In this document: positions 24,333-36,125 of the stretch, one piece after another | How the letters are laid out: each line of letters begins with the position of its first letter | Numbering within the stretch: the stretch's first letter is position 1 | Assembly (NCBI GenBank): GCA_964016885.1 | Contig: OZ024741.1 | Span: 413,974,001 to 414,038,000 of the forward strand | Length of the DNA stretch: 64,000 bases | Reading direction: 5' to 3' | From: Eledone cirrhosa | Taxonomy: Eukaryota | Notes under the pieces: generated by a model | What the model was told of the DNA's origin: nothing | Seen by the model: only the letters and a program-made list of their open reading frames with translations | Database searches by the model: none | Translations under genes and position numbers: made by a program

Positions 24333-24752
24333 AGTAAAGATATGCATATGCTATAAGCGTTCTTTGTTATTTATTTATTATATTACGGCTCTGTCCTCAG
24401 ACATTGAGCTAACCTCATACTGCCTGCTGGATAAGTGGAGTGTTATACACCCCTGATCCTTTCCCTAGCATACTATATATATATATATACTTTAGTAAGT
24501 TCGGTAGAAATATCCAAGAGTAAGAACACTCAGTCCATAGGAGGAGTTTAGTATAAATAATTACAACAGTGACATAAAAAGGTACTTATGTTTCTAGACC
24601 CCAACTCTTTCAGCTTATCATACGAAAAATAAAACCTTTTTTATTTTTTATTTTTCATTTTTTTTATGACAGACTGAACGAGTTGGGGTCCAAAAGCCAA
24701 CGAAACTCAAGCACCTGTTTATGTCACAGTTGTTATTATTTATATATATATA

Positions 24753-25105
24753 GAGGAACATGGCTTAGTGGTTTGAGCATTGGCCTTACAATCGAAAGGT
24801 TGTGAGTTCAATTCTCAGACCGGGTGATGTGTTGTTTCCTTGAGCAAGACACTTTATTTCACATTGCTCCAGTTTACTCAGCTGTAGAAATGAGATGATA
24901 GGGACTGGGGTCCTTATCATTCCACTACAAAGTGGTCGTGGAGGTGCCACGGCAAAAAAGCACGCACCACTCACTGTAAATGAGGTTGGTGTTAGGAAGG
25001 GCATCCAGCTGTAGAAATCAAGCCAGAATCAGTTCCCGTCCCACCCTTGCAAGCAGGGAAAAGTGGACGTAAAATGAAATGAAAATGAAATGAAATGAAA
25101 ATGAG
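24753..25105 (+). mobile_element. tRNA/RTE-tail SINE, same family as 816-1140
   Basis: Colinear similarity to 816-1140. Confidence 0.85.
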
Positions 25106-27102
25106 ATGATCATAAGTCTAGAGGATCAGAGGTGACCTAGGGTTAAACAACGAGACACTATAAATCTGTCTATCACTGTATCACGCAACTACTTTGCAGG
25201 TAGGCTGTATATGCATGACAGGTTAGAAAGAACGTGACATACAGGAACAATGAGATAAGTTGATATACAATTCATACTTGTATGTACACGTTAGACACAA
25301 CAATAATACCTGCCTGCATGATTATATATATATATATACACATATATATATAAGACACATATGTGTACATATACAAACATAAATGATTGTGTGATATATA
25401 TAATAATAATGAAATTATTGTGTACAGTGCTCAGGTGCACTACAACTCGTCAAAGGTGCCTGTATAGTACATAGAATAATACACAAATGTCAGGGAATAT
25501 CATCATCATCATAATTTAACATCCACTTTCCACACCAGCATGGGTACATTCATATATCATCATCATCAACATTTAACGTCCATCATCCATGCTAGCATGG
25601 GTTAGACGGGTTTGTTCTATTTGAGGTGTATATACATATATATATATAAATATATATGTATATACGTCTATATTTATATATCTGTTAGAACACGAAAAGT
25701 GTGAAACAACAGAATGTTCACTTTTCGTGTTCTAACATATATGCCTAGCTTCTTTAAAAAATTTTCGGGGATAGCCGTGGTGGTGGTGATCGTATGTCAT
25801 TGGCTAATTTTCAACCAATCAGAGTACCTCTCTCTATATCTCTTCCACTGTTACTTACGCCTGTTTCTCTCTATCTGTTCCGTCTCTATATATATCTCTT
25901 ACTCTTTCGCTTTGCACTCCTCCCCTTCAATACCATCTCTCCCCCTCTCTATATATTTGTTACTCTATCGCTGCATGCTCCTCTCCTTCAATATATCAAT
26001 TACACACGCTTTACACTCCTTTATCCCCAGCGCCCCTATATATACACCCCCCCCCTCTCCCGCATCTATATTTTAATGTACCGTTGCACCGTGAATATAT
26101 GTGTCTATATATATATACATATATATTGTATATACACATTCATGTATGTGTATACACACTCATGTATGTATATACACTGGTTTTATGTGTGTATTGTAAA
26201 TTTGTACTGTTAAAACACGAAACTAACATTCGATTGACACTTTGATTACCTGTACAGGCAATAGTTATTAGAATGCTGTTGAAGTGTGTATATATTTTTG
26301 GGGGACATCCTGTATATACACACATTATATATAATACAATAAACAGATAAATACACACATATATATATGAGCTTATTTAATTATAAATATTGTGAATTTT
26401 TAACTCAGTTCAATTATATATATAAATGGTTTCTACAGGACTAGAACTGTTTCATTCGAAAGAAATCATCATAATATTGAGAGGGGGGACTAGATAAAAT
26501 ATTTCAAATCAAATGTGTATAAGTTATAAGTTAAAATGTATAAATAGAGACGATAGTGGAGGTATATCTGTTTAGTGGAACAGTAGACGATAGAATTAAA
26601 TACAGACGATAATCTCCCTTTAATGAAACAGCAGACGATAGAATTAAGGCAATTTAAATTTTAAGCATTTGCATTTTTGCCTTTCATCGTTACGGGGTCG
26701 ATAAAATAAAGTACCAGTAATACACTGTCACTAGACGACTTTCAAATTGAATTGTTGGTTCCATTTCTTTAGTATTTTCAATTGTAGTTATCTACTTAAA
26801 AAGCGTTACACGGTTAGAGACATAATTCGTAAGTTATATCTTCCCTATTAAACCATTGCATTATTTCGCCTACAATAGAACAAAAATGAAATGTTCTTTA
26901 AAGAAACAGGAATATAACTTTATAAAAAAAAAAGTTGCATCCGCTTCTTTTATCATTGATAATTTTTTCGTTTTAATATTAATTGTTTTTTGTAGTTGTT
27001 TATATTAAAAATCTTACTGTAATATTTACTTAAACGAAGGCAAACATCTAAACTTATAGATTAATCTTGAGCGAAGGACTAGATAAATCTCTCTCTCTCT
27101 CC

Positions 27103-27144
<42 letters not shown>

Positions 27145-27534
27145 GAAGAATGATAAAATTTCAAGTAAAGAGTTTAATTAGGTATATTTTGTAATATTAT
27201 TAACTAATTATTATAATTAACGCGCATATTTTGCTATCCTCAAACACGTTTACACATGGCATGAAATATAACTAATCCGAGATGGCTAGGTTTCATCTTC
27301 TAACTGGATATACGAAATCCATTATGTCTTGACAACAACATGAGGTAACATTATGTTATTCACAGACACACTTTGTACACTGTTCCATATCAGAATGTAT
27401 TTCCTTCGTCACATTCACAAACAGTATTGAAAATATGTTCTTCGGCAAATAAAAATGTTTTGTTCATAATATTTCAACTAGCGATTGCTCTACTCCACGC
27501 ACGACCACCATAAATTAATGACCAGCTCAACACA

Positions 27535-27690
27535 AGTATTGGTAGAGCGTCAGACACCATGCTTTGCAGTATTGTTATGGTCCTTTGCATTCTAAGTTCA
27601 AATCCTGCCGAGGTTAACTTCGACTTTCATACTTACTAATTCGATAAAATAAAGTACCAGTAATGGATTTGTGCCGAAAAATAGAAACAC
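27535..27690 (+). mobile_element. Degenerate Meta-like SINE
   Basis: Similar to 23842-24022. Confidence 0.65.
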
Positions 27691-28248
27691 TATTAATGTG
27701 CAATAAGAGCAAAATATAACGACATTGCTCAATTATTTTATCTAATGTTGTAATAACACAAGGAAATGTTGTTTGTGTATTTTTTTTTATATTTGCTCAT
27801 AGGCTTTTACAATTTCGCTCAGCCAACAACTATTAAAAAGTGAGTTGCTTAAGATAACAATTTAATCACAAATTGTTGCTATCTTTTAATACACTCCAAC
27901 AAGTCATCAAATTATGTACAATAAAAACAAATCTTATTAATTTGCTCAGGGAATATAAAGAAAATGTATATACACTGATAATTGCAATTGTATGTAAATA
28001 TTTTGTTTTTGTATTGTATATTTTATGTTTTCTATTATGTATAATATATTGATTTAATATTGATTGTTTTTTGTAGTTGTTTATATTAAAAGTCTGAAAA
28101 TATTTTTATACATCTTACACTAATATTTATAAGATAATTTATAATAACAATTACATAATCTAATTACATTACAACGATAATTTATTATTAATATATATCC
28201 TGTTTAACTAGAGTTATTACAAGCGTTGCCTTAAAAAAATATTAAACT

Positions 28249-29200
28249 AGACATGAAAAATGCGCAAGCTCAAAAGTGCCACAGAATGTTATAATAAACC
28301 TTCAAAAGTGTGGGACTAGAGTTGTTGCTAAAAAATATTGTAATCATTATATATCGTACATTCTGTGGCATCCTTTATAAAAAATAGCTTAAACCAACGA
28401 AGCCTTTATTTTTACGCTATTTCACTTAGTTAATTCTTAGAGTGTAACATATAAAAATAAATACATCTATGTTTAATGTAATAACAGCTATAAATAATTA
28501 CGTAATATTATTATCATATACTCATAGTAACAAAATAATTGTGTTGAAACTTAATATGATGCTTATATGAACGATCAAATCTATAATGATAATTTCTTAA
28601 ATATACTAATAGTAAAATAATTTAGTTATCTATTGTTACATTTTCATAGAACTATAATATTAACAATCGTATTGCATTATCAAATTTTTATCACTACAAA
28701 CTTTCATATTGGAATTACCTTAAGCCACTTATTATTACTTCGCTTTCGTACTTTTACAGCTGTAGATATTGCGCTGTATCTTATATCTAATATCAATATC
28801 TCGTGGTAATTTGCATGAAGTGTAAAATAGGTTTATTAATAACTTTAATATAAAATGTATTATACAGGGCTGCGGAGTCGGCCAAAAATTGACTGGCTCC
28901 AACTCAGGATCCGATACTCCATTATTTCCTAAATTTCAGCTCCGCAGCTCTGTTATTATATTAATTAATTTATTTTATAGTTGTAAATCATATTTTTATA
29001 TGTTACACTCTAAGAATTAACTAAGTGAAATAGCGTAAAAATAAAGGCTTCGTTGGTTTAAGCTATTTTTATAAAGGATGCCACAGAATGTACGATATAT
29101 AATGATTACAATATTTTTTAGCAACAATTCTAGTCCCACACTTTTGAAGGTTTATTATAACATTCTGTGGCACTTTTGAGCTTGCGCATTTTTCATGTCT
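28249..29200. mobile_element. MITE-like element with ~210-bp terminal inverted repeats
   Basis: 28249-28458 (AGACATGAAAAATGCGCAAG..) is a near-perfect reverse complement of 28992-29200. The interior is AT-rich and non-coding. Confidence 0.8.
28865..28952. mobile_element. 88-bp hAT-like MITE nested in the larger MITE
   Basis: TIRs CAGGGCTGCGGAG / CTCCGCAGCTCTG. Flanks GTATTATA / TTATTATA match at 7 of 8 positions, consistent with an 8-bp TSD. Confidence 0.65.
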
Positions 29201-29723
29201 TATATATATATATAAATATATATGTATATACATTTGTATTTATATATATATAAATATAAATGTATATACGTATATATTTATATAAATATATATAAATATA
29301 TATGTATCATCATCATCATCATCCTTTCATTTTACGTCCGCTTTTCCCTGCTTTCAAGGGTGGGACGGGAACTGATTTTGGCTTGATTTCTACAGCTGGA
29401 TGCCCTATGTATATACATATATATATATAAATATATATGTATATACATATATATATGTATATAAATATATATGTATATACATATATATATATATATATAA
29501 ATATATATGTATATACATATATATATATATTTATATTTATATATATATATATATATACATACATTTATATTTATATATATATATATATATATATAAATAT
29601 ATATTTATATATATATATATATATATATAAATATATATTTATATATATATATAAATATATATGAATATACATTTATATTTATATATATATATGTATATAT
29701 AAATATATATGTATATACATTTA

Positions 29724-29789
<66 letters not shown>

Positions 29790-29908
29790 AAGTAATTCCG
29801 TCGGAAAAGTCCAGGAAAAAAGAGCTTCTTTCTCCAGCCTCACATTAATATAGATTGCATGTTTGTTTTTAAAATCCAAATTCAATAAACAGACCAGGAT
29901 TTTTTCAT

Positions 29909-29969
<61 letters not shown>

Positions 29970-30009
29970 AATATATAAATTATGATGTGGAAAATATTCC
30001 ATCAGCTTA

Positions 30010-30094
30010 GCCCAAATGACACCCAGTCTGAGAATTGAACTCACAACCTTTCGATTGTAAGGCCAATGCTCTAACCATTAAGCCATGTGCCTCT
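30010..30094 (-). mobile_element. SINE tRNA-head fragment
   Basis: Reverse complement matches 816-890. Confidence 0.75.
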
Positions 30095-30383
30095 ACATAC
30101 ATACATACATACATACATACATACATACATACATACATACATACATACATACATACATACATACATACAAAGGTTATATTTAATTTGTTGGGATACAACA
30201 AGCTTAAAAATATTTTTATAACTGATATAAAGCACTCAACAAATTATTGGAGTAATTATACAATATATTAACAAATGGAATGCACATCTGAGTAAGGAGG
30301 GCAGTGAAGATCCTTGCTGGTACTTCCATAACAACACCAACCGAAATGGAAGACTACTGAGAGACACCCTGCTTGAGGCGAAC

Positions 30384-32756
30384 TTGATGGCGACCAACCT
30401 AAGGTTTAGGAAGAATCTGGGGAAGATGTGGACCTACATCTCAGATATGCACCTGTCCAAGTCCCAGATTGATTTCATTCTGGTGAGAAAAAAGTGGCGG
30501 AATAGTGTTCTGAACACGGAACCATACAGCTATTTCAGTACACTGGGTAGTGACCACCGGCTTGTTATGAGTGAGGTCCGCGTGAGCTTAAGAAAGAGCA
30601 AGGCTCAGCCCCGGAGAACAATCTATGACTGGGGAGCTTTCAAGGAAGATGATAAGCTACAGGAGAGGTTCACAGTGGAAGTGAGAAACAGGTTTAGTGC
30701 TCTGTGTGGAGAGTCAGAGGAGAGAGAGATTGGATGGACTGAGGAGAGTGTGACGAGGAGGTACGGGCACTTCACCAATGCAGTGGCGAAAGCAAGTGAA
30801 ACCCTGGTGCCGAGGAAAAAGAACAAAGGGAAGCACGTCAGCTCTGCAAACCCAAAAGTGTGTGCAGCCAGAGAACACCTGAAAGCTGCCAGGGACCAAT
30901 TCTATGCTGATCCTACGGAGGAGAGGATGGAGACTGTGGAGGTGATGAGGGAAGAGCTCTGTACCGCTTACACTGAGGTCAGAGAGGAGGCACTGATAGA
31001 GAAGATCAGAAGTGTGGAGAGAGCGGTTGACAGATCTGGATGTAAGGAGAGCTGGATGATCATCAACGAGATCACAGGGAGGAAGAAAAGGTGTTCGAGT
31101 CAGATCCAGGGAACGGGGCCCGAGGATAGGAAGAGGAAATGGCTAGACCATTTTAGGACCCTACTAGGAGAGCCACCCTCCACAGCCCAGAGCACTGGGG
31201 AGATCAGGCGGCTGTTTGAGGAACTGGATGTTGAGACAGAGCCCTTCACCAGAGAGGAGCTTCAGAGAGCCAAGAAGAAGATCAAGGAGGGAAAGGCTCA
31301 TGGAGAGGATGGAGTGGCATCAGAGGTGATGAAGAGGTGTGATTTTGATGATATCATCCTGGGGTTCTGTAACGGGGCACTGGAGAAAGGAGTTGCCCCG
31401 AATCAGTGGAGGATCAGTAGCATCGTCCCAGTGCCAAAGAAGGGAGATCTCTCTAACACCAACAACTACCGGGGGATCTCACTGACGTCACTTGTGGCAA
31501 AGACCCTCAACAGGATGATTCTTAACAGGATCCAGCCTGAGATGGAGAAGAAGCTCAGGGACAACCAGAACGGCTTCAGAGAGGGTAGATCAACCACCAG
31601 TCACATCCTGATGCTGAGGAGGATATTAGAGGGAGCTAGAGCAAAGTGCCTTCCTGCGGTCATGGTTTTCATTGACTTTAGGAAGGCCTTTGATTCTGTG
31701 GACCGTTACTGCCTGATGAAGATCTTACAGGCTTATGGAATCCCCAAGAGGATAGTGGACCTGATATTAGTGCTCTACACCAACACCAAAGCCCAAGTCA
31801 TTACACCTGATGGGATGACAGAGTTCTTTGAGATACTGGCTGGAGTGCTCCAGGGAGATACATTGGCTCCCTACCTTTTTATCATCGTAGTGGACTATTG
31901 TATGCGCCTTGCACTGGAGAAACACCAGGACACTGGCTTTACTGTAGCACCGGCTCAGAGCAGGAGAGTTGGGGCGAAAAAGGTATCGGATGCTGAATTT
32001 GCCGACGACATAGTTTTGGTGACAAATACAGTGAAGGAGGCAGAGGATTTGATGCGGGAGGTTGAGACTGTGTCGATGAGTGTGGGGCTGAGAATGAATG
32101 AGACTAAAACAAAATATCTGGTAGAGAATGTTGAGAAGCCAGAGGGGATCACTAATGTAGGCGGGAAGCCGCTGGAATTGGTTGAGGACTTCCTGTATTT
32201 GGGAGCAAAGATTGGGAATACGGAAGATGATGTGGTTGAGAGGAAGAGCAAGGCCTGGGCGGCGTGTCACAGCTTGAGATCGGTGTGGAGGTCGGACCTT
32301 CGTAGAGACCTGAAAATCCGCCTCTTCATTGCTGTAGTGGAGTCTGTGCTGCTGTATGGGTCTGAGACTTGGACACTGACCAAGAGACTCACTCAGATGG
32401 TGGATGGGTGCTACACGAGAATGCTGAGGATGGCTCTGAACATTAATCAGTATACACTGAGGATGAAAAACTCAGAGCTGTATGGGAGCATCCCAAAAGT
32501 CAGCTCAAAAGTGACACAGAGGAGACTGAGGTTGGCTGGACATGCTCACCGACATCCAGAGTTGACATTGCACTCAGTGCTCCTTTGGGAGCCCCTACAT
32601 GGACACACTAGAAGAGGAAGACCAAGGTTAACATATGTTGATGCTCTAAGGACAGACACTGGTCTGTTGGAGATGCAGGATATGGCAGCGATAATGAGGG
32701 ACAGAGACCGCTGGAGAGAACTCGTCCATGGATCTCGGGAATTTTACCCGCCTTAG
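30384..32756 (+). CDS. RTE-clade LINE ORF (C-terminal APE part + RT). The 5'-truncated element spans ~30271-32760.
   Basis: QIDFIL, SDHRLV, NYRGISL, FIDFRKAFD, GVLQGD, FADD, FLYLG, LLYGSETW, RLRLAGH, RGRP. Confidence 0.9.
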   Translation: MMATNLRFRKNLGKMWTYISDMHLSKSQIDFILVRKKWRNSVLNTEPYSYFSTLGSDHRLVMSEVRVSLRKSKAQPRRTIYDWGAFKEDDKLQERFTVEVRNRFSALCGESEEREIGWTEESVTRRYGHFTNAVAKASETLVPRKKNKGKHVSSANPKVCAAREHLKAARDQFYADPTEERMETVEVMREELCTAYTEVREEALIEKIRSVERAVDRSGCKESWMIINEITGRKKRCSSQIQGTGPEDRKRKWLDHFRTLLGEPPSTAQSTGEIRRLFEELDVETEPFTREELQRAKKKIKEGKAHGEDGVASEVMKRCDFDDIILGFCNGALEKGVAPNQWRISSIVPVPKKGDLSNTNNYRGISLTSLVAKTLNRMILNRIQPEMEKKLRDNQNGFREGRSTTSHILMLRRILEGARAKCLPAVMVFIDFRKAFDSVDRYCLMKILQAYGIPKRIVDLILVLYTNTKAQVITPDGMTEFFEILAGVLQGDTLAPYLFIIVVDYCMRLALEKHQDTGFTVAPAQSRRVGAKKVSDAEFADDIVLVTNTVKEAEDLMREVETVSMSVGLRMNETKTKYLVENVEKPEGITNVGGKPLELVEDFLYLGAKIGNTEDDVVERKSKAWAACHSLRSVWRSDLRRDLKIRLFIAVVESVLLYGSETWTLTKRLTQMVDGCYTRMLRMALNINQYTLRMKNSELYGSIPKVSSKVTQRRLRLAGHAHRHPELTLHSVLLWEPLHGHTRRGRPRLTYVDALRTDTGLLEMQDMAAIMRDRDRWRELVHGSREFYPP

Positions 32757-32809
32757 ATAGATATATATAAAGTGTTAAAACGATCAAATTTTAGTTTAGA
32801 ACATTTATT

Positions 32810-32856
32810 TGCTGACAATTGTTTCTTCCAGAGGGAAGTCTGGAATCATCAGAGCA
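32810..32856 (-). ncRNA. Type I hammerhead ribozyme (family H5)
   Basis: Reverse complement: TGCT CTGATGA TTCCAGA-CTTCCC-TCTGGAA GAAAC AATT GTC AGCA, followed directly by AATAAA. 7-bp stem II, palindromic ACAATTGT stem III. Confidence 0.85.
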
Positions 32857-33214
32857 TAGGGAATGTCAAAACATGTGACTAAAATCCTAGTCATTCAGAA
32901 CATTTAGGGTACATAATTGTTGTTAGTGTCAAAGGCATCGTGTGGAGAGTCAGGAGTTAAAAAGATGTTATGCTTGAGAGAACACAATTACAGGCAGCAC
33001 TGGTTGAAAGTGTAATAGGTATAAGTGAAAAGTACAGGCAAAAAAGTTATAAGCAAGGAAGAGTGGTGTACAATGCAGGAGTCAATACAGTCAATAAGGC
33101 ATGTATGAGGAAAGAGTTATAATGCAGTTGAAATAAACATATTTTGTGTGGTCTGTTAAAGCATGTTATAATTGTTATAAATGTTTAAGGTAGTGTGCAA
33201 TTTGTTAGAGAGGC

Positions 33215-33216
<2 letters not shown>

Positions 33217-33245
<29 letters not shown>

Positions 33246-33690
33246 AATTATTGTGTAAAGTGCTCAGGTTCACTACAACTCGTCAAAGGTGCCTGTATAG
33301 TACATAGAATAATATACAAATGTCAGGGAAGGGAATAGTGTATGAGGTATGATATACATGTGTGTATGTGTATGGAGGGGGAACATTAGGTGTAGTGTTG
33401 GCAAATCTCAGGAAGCTTGGATGTTTTAAAGGATGCAGTGTCTCAACAGCTAACAACTGATGCAGGTAGTTTGTTCCATGCTTCAGCAACTCTGAGCGTG
33501 AAAAAATGTTTCCGAAAGTCATGGGAACTGTGCTGTTTTCTGACTTTGTGGACATGCCCACGTGTGTTAGACACATGGAAATCAAAAAGGTACTCAGGGT
33601 TGTTGTTGGCAAGATGGTTAACAATTTTGTGGGTGTTTACCAAGTCAGTTGCCAGGCGTCGGAGCTTCAATGTATCCATGCCCATGTGGT
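33217..33690 (-). mobile_element. CR1 3' fragment with (TTA)n tail
   Basis: LKLRRLATDL..TRGH..RKHFFTLRVAEAWNKLP. A short related fragment lies at ~25401-25500. Confidence 0.85.
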
Positions 33691-34161
33691 GATAATGTGG
33701 GTATTTGTTATGTGAGGTGTAATACAAAGCACATGATAGAGTTGGGTATGTGATTTTCATTCAAGTGATTTTGTGTTGTAGTTCGTATGTATGTGTATAT
33801 GTTGTTTGTTACTCACAGCTATTAACCATGATATTATTTTGAGTCGTTTATAGTCAATAGGTGTGTGTTTCTTAAATGTAAATTTCGCCGAATTACTGGC
33901 CATGTTGTTATTTTAGCTATATTATTTTATGCATGTTTTATCTACAAATTATCTTGTCTAGGGTTTGTATTAACCGTTATTAAGCTTTTGGTGAACCGTT
34001 ATGTTGCTTAATTTTATAAGTTTACACAGGAAATTGTTAATAACAAAGGGAGGTAACTAAGGTTGTTAATAGATTAAGGGTTGTTTTAATATTGTTGTAG
34101 TGTTATAAATTAATCTATATAGAGTATATAAAATATAAAATATTATTGGTAGTAATAGGAT

Positions 34162-34552
34162 ATACGTTCCTTCACGCACAAGGCGCCAAGGTACGCATGT
34201 ATTGTCCAACCAAATGCCAGTGTGGTTCAATGGCGGGTTAATAAATTAACGAGCCAGAACAAATATAAACAAGGTTTAGCAAATAATGAAAAAGTTTCAA
34301 AATAAATTTTAAAAAATTGACTTTACCTACTATAGTTACCTTTACCGATCGGTTTCGAATCCCAAAAATAAAACGGAGACCATACGGCCTTCGTTGCAAA
34401 GAAAGATTCTCGTCAGAAGGTTCTTTTCATTCAAAGAATATAAAATTCCTGAATTTAAATCACAAACTAGCGCTATCAAAACTGTTCCTGGGATGAGAGT
34501 GGATGATGTAGAAACAGGTTTATCAAGGGCCGAAGCAAAGATAGAGGCAAAT
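34162..34552 (-). mobile_element. Non-coding hammerhead element 3' end (family H6)
   Basis: HHR at 34338-34421, followed on the minus strand by GGCTC..CATTGAACC (34224-34255). Limits approximate. Confidence 0.5.
34338..34421 (-). ncRNA. Type I hammerhead ribozyme with long stem II
   Basis: Reverse complement: ACCTT CTGACGA GAATCT..(~40 nt)..GGATTC GAAAC CGATCG GTA AAGGT. Palindromic stem III ACCGATCGGT. Confidence 0.82.
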
Positions 34553-34558
34553 GTATAT

Positions 34559-35211
34559 AGATGGTAGCCACGGAGTAGGCAGACCCAGAAAAACCTGGGA
34601 CGAGCTGATAAATTCCGACCTCACACACTTACACCTCTCCAAGACAATGTCACTGGACCGAGACCTTTGGCGGTACTCAGTAATAGAGAAGACCCGCCTT
34701 ACCTAAATACAAAGTAAAACCTAATACAGTCAGCAGGCATCTCTAACAAAATACACCCCGTCCCACCACCCCCACCCCATCCACACCGCCCCTTTCAATG
34801 TAAAGTTATGTTGGTGCCACAACATCCAGGCCGAAACATATGAGATCGTGTAGGTGTCATGACAAAAAAAACACACAGTCCATGCTGTAATGTGGCCGTG
34901 TAGGTAACACGGTAAAAACCTCCCAGTCCCACACTGTAAATGTGGTTGGTGTTAGGAAGGGCATCCAGCTGTAGAAAACCCGCCAGACAGTCCACGCTGT
35001 AATGTGGCCGTGTAGGCAACACGGTAAAAACCTCCCAGCCCCACACTGTAAATGTGGTTGGTGTTAGGAAGGGCATCCAACTGTAGAAAACCCGCCAGAC
35101 AGTCCTATGCGAGCAAGACAACCACTCTTGCCTCAAGTGGGAAAACTCCTGTCCAAACCCATGCAAGTGTGGAACATGGACGTTAAACGATGATGATGAT
35201 GATGATGATGA
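34559..35211 (+). mobile_element. RTE family B 3' fragment
   Basis: Reverse-complement match to 19441-19980, with (GAT)n tail. Confidence 0.85.
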
Positions 35212-35230
35212 TATATATATATATATATAC

Positions 35231-35445
35231 AGTTTACTCAGCTGTAGAAATGAGATGATAGGGACTGGGGTCCCCATCATTCCACTGCAAAGTGGTCGTG
35301 GAGGTGCTACAGCAAAAAAGCACCCAGCACTCACTGTAAATGAGGTTGGTGTTAGGAACGGCATCCAGCTGTAGAAATCAAGCCAGAATCATTTCCCCTC
35401 CCACCCTTGCAAGCAGGGAAAAGCGGACGTAAAATGATGATGATG
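35231..35445 (+). mobile_element. 5'-truncated tRNA/RTE-tail SINE
   Basis: Matches 933-1140. Confidence 0.8.
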
Positions 35446-35532
35446 ATATATATATGTACATATAAATATGTATATATATATATATATATAATAAATAACA
35501 AAGAACGCCTATAGCATATGCATATCTTTACT

Positions 35533-35578
35533 TGCTAACATTGTTTCATCCGCACTATAAGTGGGACTCATCAGAGCA
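35533..35578 (-). ncRNA. Type I hammerhead ribozyme (H4)
   Basis: Identical to 21605-21650. Confidence 0.8.
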
Positions 35579-36093
35579 TAAAGGTTAATTACATACCATA
35601 CAAGCAATAACAAATCCAAGACATTGAAGAATGAAAAATAATAGAAGATAAAGTATATTAAGGAAGTAAAAGTAAAAATAAAAATAATAAAATAAACAAT
35701 GAAAAATAAGGGGTGCTATCAGTCACAGTTGGGCGGGGTGCTGTCAACATATAGTTACATACAAGCATACACATGGATAAGAGAACAGACAAGAGTAGAT
35801 AAGATAGATAGGATTAGGTAAGAGTAGGTAAAAAATAGGTGAAAAACAGACTTATAATATATATAAGAAAATATAATGAAATATATAACAAACTTACATA
35901 TAAAATATAAAATATACAGATAATAGTGATACAGGGTAAGGAATGAAATAAAATAATATAAAATTAAAATTAAAATTATATAAAATAGAACATAATATAA
36001 TATAATCATAAAATAAGATAAAATAAGGTAAACTAAAATAAAATAAAATAGACTAAAGTAAAATAATATAATATAAGATATAATTAAATGTAA

Positions 36094-36125
<32 letters not shown>

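Larger units (their letters stand above)
21558..24475 (+). mobile_element. Fold-back non-coding hammerhead element, family H4 copy 1
   Basis: Left arm ~21558-22527 is the reverse complement of right arm ~23227-24380, apart from a SINE insertion. HHR near each outer end, ~90-nt tail on the right only, (TA)n flanks. Confidence 0.85.

Noticed and set aside
24597-24690. Imperfect inverted repeat GACCCCAACTC..GAGTTGGGGTC
   Set aside because: Short and single-copy here, with no TSD or family evidence.
26270-26316. Tc1-like TIR end (TACAGGATGTCCCCCAAAAA on the minus strand)
   Set aside because: No matching second TIR or transposase found, so too weak to call.
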